A DNA stretch of 63,239 nucleotides, filler included, from Pseudobdellovibrionaceae bacterium (GTDB lineage Bacteria; Bdellovibrionota; Bdellovibrionia; Bdellovibrionales; UBA1609), in assembly GCA_030591685.1 (NCBI GenBank). It is 4 parts of 4 records of this genome, joined end to end, with 100 filler letters (N's around TTAATTAATTAA, not from the genome) between each part and the next. Parts side by side here need not be neighbours in the genome. Positions count along the whole stretch, not along the records: positions 39,483 to 58,285 come from JAUVAX010000043.1; 3 more parts are not named here. One strand, given 5' to 3'. Every line of letters begins with the position of its first letter. Position 1 is the stretch's first letter. The translations under genes were made by a program, and so were the position numbers. Below, one piece after another: positions 40,879 to 50,243 of the stretch. Below the pieces are notes generated by a model. It ran no database searches. It saw nothing but the letters and a program-made list of their open reading frames with translations, and had not been told where the DNA came from.

Positions 40879-40880
40879 GA

Positions 40881-41546
40881 TTACTTTTTAACAGCATATA
40901 CTATGAATACAACCGAGGCTAAAATCATAAGCCCTGTGAGTATTTTTTTTATGCTAAAAGTAAAAATCTCGTCTTTATTTAACCCTAAAAATGAAGTGGC
41001 TGTCGAGGAGCTGTCTCCGGCAAGATTTGCTTTAGACTTTGGCACAATGGAGATATTTTTTACTTTCAATGAATTTATAAAATTTTGAACTAACTTTTGA
41101 TTCTTTTTGAATACACTTTTATGAAGGCTGATATTTATGGCAATAGAAATATTATTTTTAGTAGTAAACAGATAATAGGTATAATAGTTCTCTAGCTCAG
41201 AGTTTGAGTGCAGAGCTTTAACCCATGTGTAGCCATTAATTGAAATTCGTTTCACGTCTTTAACGGTACTAGTTATGCTTGAACCTTTTTGGTTAGATGT
41301 GGTCCTTGGCTTTTTCAAAAGGGATTCATAGTTTAAAAATGACTCGCCAGCGCCCGTAAGCTTCGCACGCATGTAGGTTATAATGTCTACTTTTTTTTGA
41401 TTAAAATCTTTGCATATCCATAATTTTTTGTAGGTTTCACAGGTCCAGGAGTTTGGTATTTCAGCTTCTAGATAGGAGTTTGAAAACCCCTTTCCGAAGC
41501 TTACAGCGGGCATCATGAAAAGAAAAATCATTACATTTTTTAACAT
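40881..41546 (-). CDS. Exported protein with C-terminal membrane anchor (paralog of next gene)
   Basis: Signal; F.NSY..E.P..W.C......W.C; C-terminal TM plus KK. Confidence 0.75.
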   Translation of the reverse strand: MLKNVMIFLFMMPAVSFGKGFSNSYLEAEIPNSWTCETYKKLWICKDFNQKKVDIITYMRAKLTGAGESFLNYESLLKKPRTTSNQKGSSITSTVKDVKRISINGYTWVKALHSNSELENYYTYYLFTTKNNISIAINISLHKSVFKKNQKLVQNFINSLKVKNISIVPKSKANLAGDSSSTATSFLGLNKDEIFTFSIKKILTGLMILASVVFIVYAVKK

Positions 41547-42304
41547 TATAAAACCTTCTTTTTCTTTAGTAAGTAAATAACGAGAGCTCCTAAAATCAGT
41601 AACAGCCCTATAATAGTGGTTGTTGTACTGCCAGAGGAGGAGCTTTCCCCTGATAATTCCTCGCCCTCGTCTAGATCAATACTCGAGGACCCTAATTGGT
41701 TACCAAGCGGGCCCGTGGGGCTCCCATGCCGTCCGGCTTGGGACTTTGAGTTAGCAATTATTGATTTATTAAACACAACAGTGATGCTTTTAATGGCCTT
41801 AAGGATATCTGCGCTATGGTAGGGGTAAGAGTTTCTATGGATTGTAAAGGTGGCCATAATCGCAAGGTCTTTATGGACAGTCCCAATATACCTTGTGTAA
41901 TAGGCTTCAGCTTCACCACTGACATGGAGACTGTCGACCCATTGCTTATTACCAATTGTTGAGACCTTAACATGAACAGGCTTAGATTTTGCGGTGGTCC
42001 CTGATTTATAGCCATCTATAATTCTTGGTTGTTTGAGGTATTGAGAGTAAACCTTTAAATTATCACTAGGTCCGGCCTCTTTCGCAACAATAACGATTTG
42101 TGCCTCACGTTTAATGATCTTGTCATTGTGAGTGCAAAACCAAGAGACACCCTTAAGTCGGCAGGTCCACCCTTTGGGGAGTTCAAAACTAATATATGAA
42201 TTCCGAAACCTTTTAGCAAAAACTTGCTTTGGGGTTCCTAAAATAAAAAATGTGATTAAACAAAATAGTAAAATTAAGCGCTTATTCATTAATGAGGACT
42301 CCAA
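41546..42304 (-). CDS. Exported protein with C-terminal membrane anchor
   Basis: Signal ending VFA; FRNSYISFELP.GW.C....SWFC; W..SLH..E...YYT.Y; C-terminal TM plus KKKK. Confidence 0.78.
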   Translation of the reverse strand: MESSLMNKRLILLFCLITFFILGTPKQVFAKRFRNSYISFELPKGWTCRLKGVSWFCTHNDKIIKREAQIVIVAKEAGPSDNLKVYSQYLKQPRIIDGYKSGTTAKSKPVHVKVSTIGNKQWVDSLHVSGEAEAYYTRYIGTVHKDLAIMATFTIHRNSYPYHSADILKAIKSITVVFNKSIIANSKSQAGRHGSPTGPLGNQLGSSSIDLDEGEELSGESSSSGSTTTTIIGLLLILGALVIYLLKKKKVL

Positions 42305-42373
42305 GATGCGTTACCTTACTATATTATAAATTAAAGCAGCGTGGAGTCATTAATCTTAACTATTTGTATTAAA

Positions 42374-44065
42374 TCAAAACATTAGTCCAGTAGTTAGGGC
42401 TTGTTGTAGGCCTTGTTTCGCAAGATTAAGGGCGTGGTTTATATCTAAGGACCTTGAGGATCGTACAAAAGGGGAAAGGTTCGGGTCTCTCACGCCCGCA
42501 AGAAGCAATATACTTTTAATATCAACAGAGGTAAGGCCAAAGTGAAGGCTTTTAACGAGGGCCGCAGAGCCAGCAACAATGGGAGTGGCCATGGAGGTCC
42601 CTAAGCTTGGAGACAAAGCTATGCCCATTGGGTTCTCAATGTAAGCGCTAAAAAGAGGAAATTGGCGATTCCCTCCGGGAGCTAGTATATCAACAGACTG
42701 AGGGGAGTAGTTAGAATAACCCGTTATAGGTGCATTTAAAGCAGATGCGGCCACCGTAATAATATTTTCAAAGGGACTACTAGCAGGGTACATAGGACGA
42801 GAGTCAATATTGTACCCGAGCCCCGTTCTTTGGTCGCCGTTTCCGGCGGCTGAAACAACAATAATGTTAGATTTATTGGCATAATTAAGTGCCATAGTTA
42901 AAAGAGGGTTTTGCGGGCCCTCATAACCTAAAGAAAGGCTGATGATATGCGCCCCCTGATCAACAGCGTACAATATGGCTGCTGATATAGACCCTAAGTC
43001 ACCAGTACCAAGCGCTGACATGGCTTTTAGGGGCATAATTTTAGCTCGAGGAGCTATTCCAAAATGGTATGAGGCTGCAAGGCCTGCCGCATGTGACCCA
43101 TGGCCATTGTCATCAAAGGGTCGGTTGTCATTATAAATAAAGTCATACCCTATTTTGTCATCAATAAATCCATTGCCATCATCATCAACCCCATTTCCGT
43201 CAATTTCATTGGGGTTTCTGTATATATTAGGGCTTAAGGTAAAGTGATTATAATTTACCCCAGTATCTATAACAGCAATAACTACGCCTTCACCTTTAGT
43301 GGTCTGTAAAGCTTTAACGGCATTTGTTTGTTGTAATTGATAAAATTTTTCAACACCAAGAGTCGGTATGGCTACGCCTGGCGTAGGGATATGTGCGGGG
43401 TTATGAGTCCCAATAATTAAAGCCCTGGCTTCAGAGCACTGCCCCGCTTTGTTTTTTGTAAAGCTACTAATATTAAAAACTCCGACCATATCAAGTTTAA
43501 GCACTAAAGAGTTTGTAAAAAAAGGTTCCTTAGGGAGCATGGACCCTTTTGGGGCCTTGATCATCCAAAGGTTTTGGGTGTCCTCACTTGTAGCTGAGTT
43601 TTGTAAGGTGAGCGTGTGAGACAACTGGACTGTTTTATAATTAACAGCTTTGCTCACTGAAGTGGTCTCAATAACTCTAGATTTCGAGACCGCCCCGTTT
43701 CTACAGTCAGACATAAAACTATTGAGTGCACGGCTTGAGTTTTTCGGCGCCGTTTTGCTTTTTATAAGAATCTTGTTCTGTGTTATTAAGGCTTTCGCAT
43801 CGACATCTTGGATTTGCTTTTTAGAAATATTAAAAGCCTCATATAGGTGATGCTTAACATTTAATGGGCGAAGCTCAAGGCCCGGATATGTGCTTATTAA
43901 AAGGTCTAATTTTTCAGTTGAACTGGCTTTGTACAATACCCCTGTAGAGCTTTGCAATAAAGGTGCTGGCTTTTTATAATTAATGGGTTCATTGGGTGCG
44001 CACGCTGAAAACACCAAAGCCTGACTGATTGCCGCGATTAATAAATATCCCTTTTGTTTCCTCAT
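42374..44065 (-). CDS. S8 subtilisin-like serine protease lipoprotein
   Basis: Lipobox FSAC; catalytic triad IDTG, HGSHAAG, GTSMATP; N..EI.GNG.DDDGNGF.DD insert. Confidence 0.94.
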   Translation of the reverse strand: MRKQKGYLLIAAISQALVFSACAPNEPINYKKPAPLLQSSTGVLYKASSTEKLDLLISTYPGLELRPLNVKHHLYEAFNISKKQIQDVDAKALITQNKILIKSKTAPKNSSRALNSFMSDCRNGAVSKSRVIETTSVSKAVNYKTVQLSHTLTLQNSATSEDTQNLWMIKAPKGSMLPKEPFFTNSLVLKLDMVGVFNISSFTKNKAGQCSEARALIIGTHNPAHIPTPGVAIPTLGVEKFYQLQQTNAVKALQTTKGEGVVIAVIDTGVNYNHFTLSPNIYRNPNEIDGNGVDDDGNGFIDDKIGYDFIYNDNRPFDDNGHGSHAAGLAASYHFGIAPRAKIMPLKAMSALGTGDLGSISAAILYAVDQGAHIISLSLGYEGPQNPLLTMALNYANKSNIIVVSAAGNGDQRTGLGYNIDSRPMYPASSPFENIITVAASALNAPITGYSNYSPQSVDILAPGGNRQFPLFSAYIENPMGIALSPSLGTSMATPIVAGSAALVKSLHFGLTSVDIKSILLLAGVRDPNLSPFVRSSRSLDINHALNLAKQGLQQALTTGLMF

Positions 44066-44366
44066 AAAGTATCCCCCTACCTCGAGAATGAATTTCTCTT
44101 AGGGGTAAAAAAAATACAATAAAGTATATTTTTTTCACAGCAATAAGAAAAATTTATATTTAAATAAAAGTGAGTAATATCAACAAGTTTACCGAGACAC
44201 TCCGTATGAAGACCGAAGCATTTATAAAAATTTCTAAAATTAAAAAAATAGGGATGTAATTTTTATAGCATTTACTATAAGAAAATTTTATGCAAAGTAG
44301 TATGTTGCATTGCAAAAAAATGAAAAATTTAGTAACTTAGCTTTTGTTAAGTGACAGGAGTAGACC

Positions 44367-45269
44367 ATGAATCACCAACAGTTAGTTACATTTTGTACCG
44401 TTTTAAATGAGGGAAGCATGACCGCCGCCGCGGATAAACTGTGTTTAACTCAACCCGCAGTGAGTCAGCAAATCCGAAACCTTGAAGATGATTTGGATGT
44501 AAGTTTGCTTGAGCGAGGAGTCCGCAAGGTAAAGCCTACTATTAAAGGTCAACTGCTCTATGATTATGCAAAAAAAATTCTTCATCTCACTCAACAAGCA
44601 GAGGTGGCACTGCAAACAATGTCCCAGGAATTATCGGGGCACTTGAGAATAGGTACAATTAACTCCATGGGCTTGTTTTTAATTAGCCCTATAGTGGGAA
44701 TGTTTCTAAAGCACAATTCGAACCTTAATATTAAAGTTGTATATGGAACCGCTGAGAGCACAATTAGTAAAATGAAAAGCGGAGACCTTGATATTGCCAT
44801 CTTACCTGATATTAAAGTGGAGCACGGTGAAGAAATAGCTGAATTTGAGAGTAAGTTTTTACTTAAAGATGACATGTGGCTCGTGGCTACAGGCAAGGAC
44901 CCCTCGGTCCCTAAAACAGTTAAAATGTCAGATTTTTCAACTAAACCAATTGTTTATTATTCCGAAATGTATAGTGGATTTAAAAAAATTCTTGAAGAAA
45001 AATTAACTGAAATTAACACAACCTTTATACCTGTTTTTGAAGCCGACAACGTCGGTACTCTTAAACGAGTTATTGAGTCAGGGTTAGGCTGGGGGTTTTT
45101 GCCAAGTTTTAGTATCAGAAAGCAGGTCCGAACAGGGCGAATAACTCATGTTATCGTCGATGACATGAAGTATTCAGTAAACATTAATTTGTACTTCAAA
45201 AAAACACAAGAAGTTCGAAAAATGTCAGAGGTGCTTTATCGAGCCCTGCATCAGCAGGCACTTTCATAG
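44367..45269 (+). CDS. LysR-family transcriptional regulator
   Basis: GSMTAAA..L.LTQPAVSQQIRNLE HTH plus substrate-binding domain. Confidence 0.95.
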   Translation: MNHQQLVTFCTVLNEGSMTAAADKLCLTQPAVSQQIRNLEDDLDVSLLERGVRKVKPTIKGQLLYDYAKKILHLTQQAEVALQTMSQELSGHLRIGTINSMGLFLISPIVGMFLKHNSNLNIKVVYGTAESTISKMKSGDLDIAILPDIKVEHGEEIAEFESKFLLKDDMWLVATGKDPSVPKTVKMSDFSTKPIVYYSEMYSGFKKILEEKLTEINTTFIPVFEADNVGTLKRVIESGLGWGFLPSFSIRKQVRTGRITHVIVDDMKYSVNINLYFKKTQEVRKMSEVLYRALHQQALS

Positions 45270-45280
45270 TAAGTGCCTGC
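45254..45280. terminator. Hairpin over lysR stop codon (possible terminator or stabiliser)
   Basis: gcaggcactt-tcatagt-aagtgcctgc perfect 10-bp stem, no U-tract. Confidence 0.4.
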
Positions 45281-45473
45281 ATAGCAAGCGCCTAAACAGT
45301 GTAAAGAGTTAAAGTAATATTAAAGTTTAAATCCACTTTTTTAAACCCTATGCTTATTTATAATAACACGAGAGTTTTAGGGTTATTTGACCCCTGACTT
45401 TTTTAAAAAAATCACACAGAGGCTTTAAGGCTTTTTTGAACCCTAAAAGTTGACCTGAATAATAACTCAAGAG

Positions 45474-46313
45474 TTAAAGTAATAAATCATAGGGTAGGTT
45501 AAGGCGACTGGCGACGATTCGTATTATTTCTCCGGCGGTTTCTTCAAGAGCTCGATCGGTAACATCAAACACCGGCCATTTTCTGTTTTTAGAAAAAATA
45601 TTTTTTGCAAAATCCAGTTCTTTTTGAATGTGAGATTTACTGGCGTATTCACTGCCAGGGTCTTGCCCAAATTTTTCAAGTCTTTTGCGGCGTATTTTAT
45701 AAAGATTCTCTTCGCTAATAGTGAGGCCTACGATTTTTCTTTGGTCCACTTTAAAAAGTTCCTCTGGTAAGTCGGTATTAAGTACCAGTGGTATATTAGC
45801 GACTTTCCAGCCCTTATGGCTTAAAAATATAGATAGTGGTGTTTTACTCGTACGGCTAATACCAACAAGCACTATGTCGGCTTCAGTAAGTCGGTTAAAT
45901 GTTTTTCCATCATCGTGTTTTACTGTAAACTCAATAGCTTCTATGCGCTTGTAGTAAGCCTTGTCGACCCTTCTTAGAATCCCTGGTTGCCCTACGGCCT
46001 CAGAATCAACGCCTAAAAAAACGTGTAACTCTTCGAGCAAGGGGCCTAGTAGGTCGACACTTTGAATGTTTCTCTCATTTGTGGATTCTGCGATTTTTTT
46101 TCTCAAGGCAGGGCTTGCGACAGTATGAATAATAAATCCATTTTGAGCCGAAACTTCTGTTAAGAGGGCCTCTACCTGGCTTTCTGTGCGGATATTTTTG
46201 GCCTTGATAATGTTAAGGTCTTTTTGCTTAAACTGTATGAGCGCCGCCCTGGCCATGGAACTGGCTGTTTCTCCTGTGCCATCGGAAATGATATATACAG
46301 TGGATTGAGACAT
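45474..46313 (-). CDS. ppsR: Pyruvate, phosphate/water dikinase regulatory protein (kinase/pyrophosphorylase)
   Basis: ISDGTGETA; AIEFTVKHDDG; ADIVLVGISRTSKTPLS; KVANIPL; ALEETA. Confidence 0.95.
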   Translation of the reverse strand: MSQSTVYIISDGTGETASSMARAALIQFKQKDLNIIKAKNIRTESQVEALLTEVSAQNGFIIHTVASPALRKKIAESTNERNIQSVDLLGPLLEELHVFLGVDSEAVGQPGILRRVDKAYYKRIEAIEFTVKHDDGKTFNRLTEADIVLVGISRTSKTPLSIFLSHKGWKVANIPLVLNTDLPEELFKVDQRKIVGLTISEENLYKIRRKRLEKFGQDPGSEYASKSHIQKELDFAKNIFSKNRKWPVFDVTDRALEETAGEIIRIVASRLNLPYDLLL

Positions 46314-46325
46314 AAAAAAGAATCC

Positions 46326-46787
46326 TTATTTAAGGCTTGGGACCAGAGTGACTTTATTTAAAAACTCGCTATCTTGAGGACTTAGCGAATTAAACTCTTC
46401 GTCAGTGAAATTTGGAGGCAAAAAAACTCTTATAAAAGGATGGTTAAGACCACTCCAGAGTTTTAAAATAGATTGGATCCATTTAACCTTTTCTTTATTG
46501 AGAGGCAAAAGAACCGTTTGCTTGTTGGGTAGTCGATGTTGGCTCGCAAACATAAGAGGAGCCTGTTTGTTAAGTTTAAAAGGGGTGAGCTTCATGTCGT
46601 TTTCAGAAAGAATATGAGTGAGAGTTTTTGATAATTTTTTAGGACTATGAGTTGTGCCTCTTGAGATAATAAAATTAAGATACCAATCAATTTGACGGGA
46701 CCATTTTGAAGAGTTGAGCTCAGGGATCACCCAAATATCGGCTCCGGGTCTGTAAGCGCCGGCTTTTGATAAGGTTTGAATCTTCAT
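46326..46787 (-). CDS. Conserved hypothetical protein
   Basis: 153-aa ORF in the nrdR-nusB-ppsR run; IDWYLNF.ISR motif recalls M17-peptidase N-terminal-like proteins. Confidence 0.65.
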   Translation of the reverse strand: MKIQTLSKAGAYRPGADIWVIPELNSSKWSRQIDWYLNFIISRGTTHSPKKLSKTLTHILSENDMKLTPFKLNKQAPLMFASQHRLPNKQTVLLPLNKEKVKWIQSILKLWSGLNHPFIRVFLPPNFTDEEFNSLSPQDSEFLNKVTLVPSLK

Positions 46788-46901
46788 AAACTAGAGTTCC
46801 AACGCTGAGTGATTAATTGAACTAAAAACAACGAAAACTCAAAAAGAAATTGTCGATGAGCTTAGGTAAAACATAACATTACCGGCTTCCGAGTGGGTTG
46901 A

Positions 46902-47318
46902 CTACATGTTTTTAAATATTTGATCGAGTATTCCATTAATAAAAGCAGAGGAGTCTTGTGTGGAGTACTGTTTAGCAAGCTCTACAGCTTCATTAATGGT
47001 TGCCTTGGGGGGGACCTCATTATTTGAATAGAGCATTTCAAACACGGCCATTCTTAGAATATTCAGGTCAACAAGTGCCATGCGCGAAAGGGACCAGTTT
47101 TGTGAATACGACTGGATATGCTTATCAATTTCTGAGGTTTTACCGCTCACACCTCTCACTAGAAATTCAGCAAATTTGTACACCTCATTTGATGAATCAA
47201 TGGCTCCTTTAAAATAATCAAGACTGTTTTTAATGTCGATGTCTTTGACAAACTCAGTTTGAAATAATACTTGGAGGGCAAATTCACGGGCTTGGTGGCG
47301 TTTAGTTAAATTGATCAT
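46902..47318 (-). CDS. nusB: Transcription antitermination factor NusB
   Basis: RHQAREFALQVLF; W...RM..VD.NILR; INEAVELAK.Y....S.AFINGILD. Confidence 0.96.
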   Translation of the reverse strand: MINLTKRHQAREFALQVLFQTEFVKDIDIKNSLDYFKGAIDSSNEVYKFAEFLVRGVSGKTSEIDKHIQSYSQNWSLSRMALVDLNILRMAVFEMLYSNNEVPPKATINEAVELAKQYSTQDSSAFINGILDQIFKNM

Positions 47319-47324
47319 TGAATC

Positions 47325-47789
47325 TTATATTTCAAGCTGTGGGGGCGTGGGGCGAACTTCGAGGGACTCCACAAATTCATGAACGTCTTTAAATGTTCGG
47401 TAGACGCTAGCAAATCTAATGTATGCCACGTCATCAAGTTTTTTAAGCTCTTGCATAATGAGTTGGCCAATTTCTTTAGCGTTGATTTCTTTTTTAGAAA
47501 ATTCAAGAGCATATTGACAAGCCGAGCTCACGATTTGCTCGATTTGAGCTAAGCTTACAGGTCTTTTCAAGCAAGCATACTGAACACCTTTTTTTACCTT
47601 TTCTTTTGAAAAGGCTTCTCGTCGACCATCTTTTTTAATGATAAGCGGGTAAGCATGTAGAACACACTCAAGGGTCGTAAAGCGACTCTTGCACTTTAAG
47701 CACTCACGGCGCCTACGGATCTCACCTTCTTTTTGAATTCGAGTGTCTAAAACTCGGCTATCACTATCTTGGCAGTTCGGGCAGTACAT
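47325..47789 (-). CDS. nrdR: Transcriptional repressor NrdR
   Basis: CPNC...IRRRRECLKC..RFTT.E; ATP cone; VAYIRFASVYR. Confidence 0.97.
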   Translation of the reverse strand: MYCPNCQDSDSRVLDTRIQKEGEIRRRRECLKCKSRFTTLECVLHAYPLIIKKDGRREAFSKEKVKKGVQYACLKRPVSLAQIEQIVSSACQYALEFSKKEINAKEIGQLIMQELKKLDDVAYIRFASVYRTFKDVHEFVESLEVRPTPPQLEI

Positions 47790-48081
47790 AAATAATATTC
47801 CTCTTAATGCGAAGTGTTTTTGTATTTTAGATCTAAAAAATGGTCAAGCTCGGCGTGAAAAATATATTTCAAAAAAAGGGGGGGGGTCATTACGTCATCT
47901 TATTTTTATGACCCTCCTTTGGTGCTCTGCTCGATATGAAGTCCGAGCTATTGGCATTAGAGGCTCATTTCGAGATTTAGATGAGTTCACTAACTAGACA
48001 AAGATGGAGAATTTTGATGCCAAGTGAGAGTATTAGGTTAAACAGGTTGAGTCAAAATTTATCATGCAGCACAGTATATAA

Positions 48082-48702
48082 ATGAAGTATGTTTTTTTAG
48101 TGTTGATTTTTTTTAGTTTTGAATCCTATTCAGCTCCTGTTGTGGGTAACAAGGCAGCACAGGATTACTTTAAAAAAAGACAGTCAGCACCAGAGGTGCG
48201 GGCGAGAAAAAAAAGAGCCCCCAGCGGTCAAACTCATTTGTTAAATATTTATATGGGCACAAACTTGCGAGATGACTCCTATAACTGGGGGGCACAAGGG
48301 GGCAAAGATGTGGGCACTCTCTCCATGGGACTTTCTTACCGAGTGGGCGAGTGGGTAGGTTCGACAGATTTTTTATTACTTATGGATTTTAGCTCCTTTA
48401 GCCTCAAAGAGGGCTCAGCAAATAAGGCGAGTTTTATGCCCATGGTGACCTTTCCGGATGTGAAAAGTCGATTTCCACTTTATTTTGGTGCGGGCTTGGG
48501 CTTGGGTATCTTTTTTGAGCAACTTAAAGGGGAGTCATCACTCTCTATTGACTATCAGCTGGTTGCGGGGGCTCGTTTTTTTGATGTTCTTGATGGGATG
48601 GGGTTGTTTTTTGAAAGTGGTATTAAAAACCATGTTCATATACTGAGTGACGGGCAGATGAACGCTGTTTTTGTTAATCTAGGTACAATTTTCCTATTCT
48701 GA
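48082..48702 (+). CDS. Small outer-membrane beta-barrel protein
   Basis: Signal peptide; amphipathic strands (PLYFGAGLG, LVAGARF); C-terminal Phe. Confidence 0.7.
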   Translation: MKYVFLVLIFFSFESYSAPVVGNKAAQDYFKKRQSAPEVRARKKRAPSGQTHLLNIYMGTNLRDDSYNWGAQGGKDVGTLSMGLSYRVGEWVGSTDFLLLMDFSSFSLKEGSANKASFMPMVTFPDVKSRFPLYFGAGLGLGIFFEQLKGESSLSIDYQLVAGARFFDVLDGMGLFFESGIKNHVHILSDGQMNAVFVNLGTIFLF

Positions 48703-48722
48703 ATTAATGTTTTGAGCCCATC

Positions 48723-49967
48723 GTGATGTATGCTACAGCCTATAGATCTATGAAATGGCACAATCATTTAACCCTACATTTAATTAAAGCCCTACAGGAC
48801 TGTTTTGAGTCGGATTACTATGCTGACAAGGTCATTGAGTGGCACTTTAAGAGGCAAAAAAAATGGGGATCTAGGGATCGTCGGTTTTTTGCTGAAAATT
48901 ATTATGAGCTGGTCAGGTACTGGAGAAAGTATGTGGTGCTCTCGGGCCACAGTTGGTCCTGTAATTTAAAATTACCCCCCGAAAGTTACAACCTTATTTT
49001 AGCCACATTTTTATATGACAAGTATGGTGAGCTACCTGATTGTGTAGAGTTTAAAGAGTTTTCAAGTAAAAAATTTGAGGCCAGAAAAGATGAGTTAACA
49101 GACCTTAAAGAGGTAGAGTCTATCCCCGATTGGCTACAAAGCATGGGGACTGAAATTTATCAAAAAAAGTGGCCTGATCTTTTACATCAGCTAAACACCC
49201 CGGCGGTTATTTATTTAAGGGCAAACACCTTAAAAGCAACGGTCAGTGAAGTTGTGAGGCAATTAAAAGCAGAGGGCGTGGCTGCAGAACCATGCCCGGA
49301 GGCGGGCACCCCAGGCATTAAACTGCTGGAGCGTAAAAATGTTTTTATTTTGGAGCCTTTTAAAAAGGGACTATTTGAGGTTCAAGACCTGGGTTCACAG
49401 GTTATCTCTGAGTTTTTAAAAGTTGAAAAAGGGCAAAGGGTTTTAGATGCTTGCGCTGGCGCTGGAGGGAAAACACTTCATATAGCGGCTTTGATGAAAA
49501 ATAAGGGCAAGGTGATAGCCTCTGATATTCATGAGTGGAAGCTCAAAGAGCTCCGTAGGAGGTCCTCTCGTGCCGGAGTGGACATTATAGAGTGTAAATT
49601 ATTAAATCAAAAACTAATAAAGCGCCTTGCGGGCTCAATAGATAGGGTTTTGCTGGATGTACCCTGCTCGGGGCTTGGTGTTTTACGCCGAAACCCAGAC
49701 ACTAAATGGAAGTTCACCCCTGAGCGTTTAGAGGAGTTAATTAAAATTCAACAAGAAATTTTGTTAACAAACAGTCGAGTTTTAGAAAAAGGAGGCGTGC
49801 TTGTGTATGCAACATGTAGCCTCCTGCCACAAGAAAACCAAGATCAAGTGCAGTGGTTTTTAAATCAGAGCCCAGGCGTGTGGAAACTCGATAAAGAACA
49901 ACAGCTACTCCCGGATCAGTTTAACAGTGATGCTTTTTATATGGCTCGAATTTTAAGGGTCAAGTAA
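48723..49967 (+). CDS. RsmB/NOL1/NOP2-family RNA m5C methyltransferase (likely start MKWHNH, about 48749)
   Basis: FEVQD.GSQ; DACAGAGGK; DVPCSG.G..RR.PD; YATCS. Confidence 0.93.
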   Translation: MMYATAYRSMKWHNHLTLHLIKALQDCFESDYYADKVIEWHFKRQKKWGSRDRRFFAENYYELVRYWRKYVVLSGHSWSCNLKLPPESYNLILATFLYDKYGELPDCVEFKEFSSKKFEARKDELTDLKEVESIPDWLQSMGTEIYQKKWPDLLHQLNTPAVIYLRANTLKATVSEVVRQLKAEGVAAEPCPEAGTPGIKLLERKNVFILEPFKKGLFEVQDLGSQVISEFLKVEKGQRVLDACAGAGGKTLHIAALMKNKGKVIASDIHEWKLKELRRRSSRAGVDIIECKLLNQKLIKRLAGSIDRVLLDVPCSGLGVLRRNPDTKWKFTPERLEELIKIQQEILLTNSRVLEKGGVLVYATCSLLPQENQDQVQWFLNQSPGVWKLDKEQQLLPDQFNSDAFYMARILRVK

Positions 49968-50243
49968 AGTCACTTTGTAATAATGTAAATAGCAAGTCTC
50001 ACAATGGACTATGTAAAGTCTACAGACTTGTTACTTTTACTCTTATGAGTCTGATAAACAGACCCTATGGGGTTTGAAGTTATCACCCCTTTTTTGTAAA
50101 AACTCCCCACCAATTGAAATAACTACCTTTGCAATTATCAAGCATTTACGGTAACTTAACTCATTAACTCATCGCATTGTAGAACGTTCATCATATGTGC
50201 ATGTCTCCCCAAAAGCCGTGCAAGATTTCTCTAAGGAGAGTTT

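Noticed and set aside
47743..47997. 84-aa ORF overlapping the nrdR start, and the 47315-47512 alternate-frame ORF
   Set aside because: Shadow or alternate-frame ORFs of nrdR with no independent support
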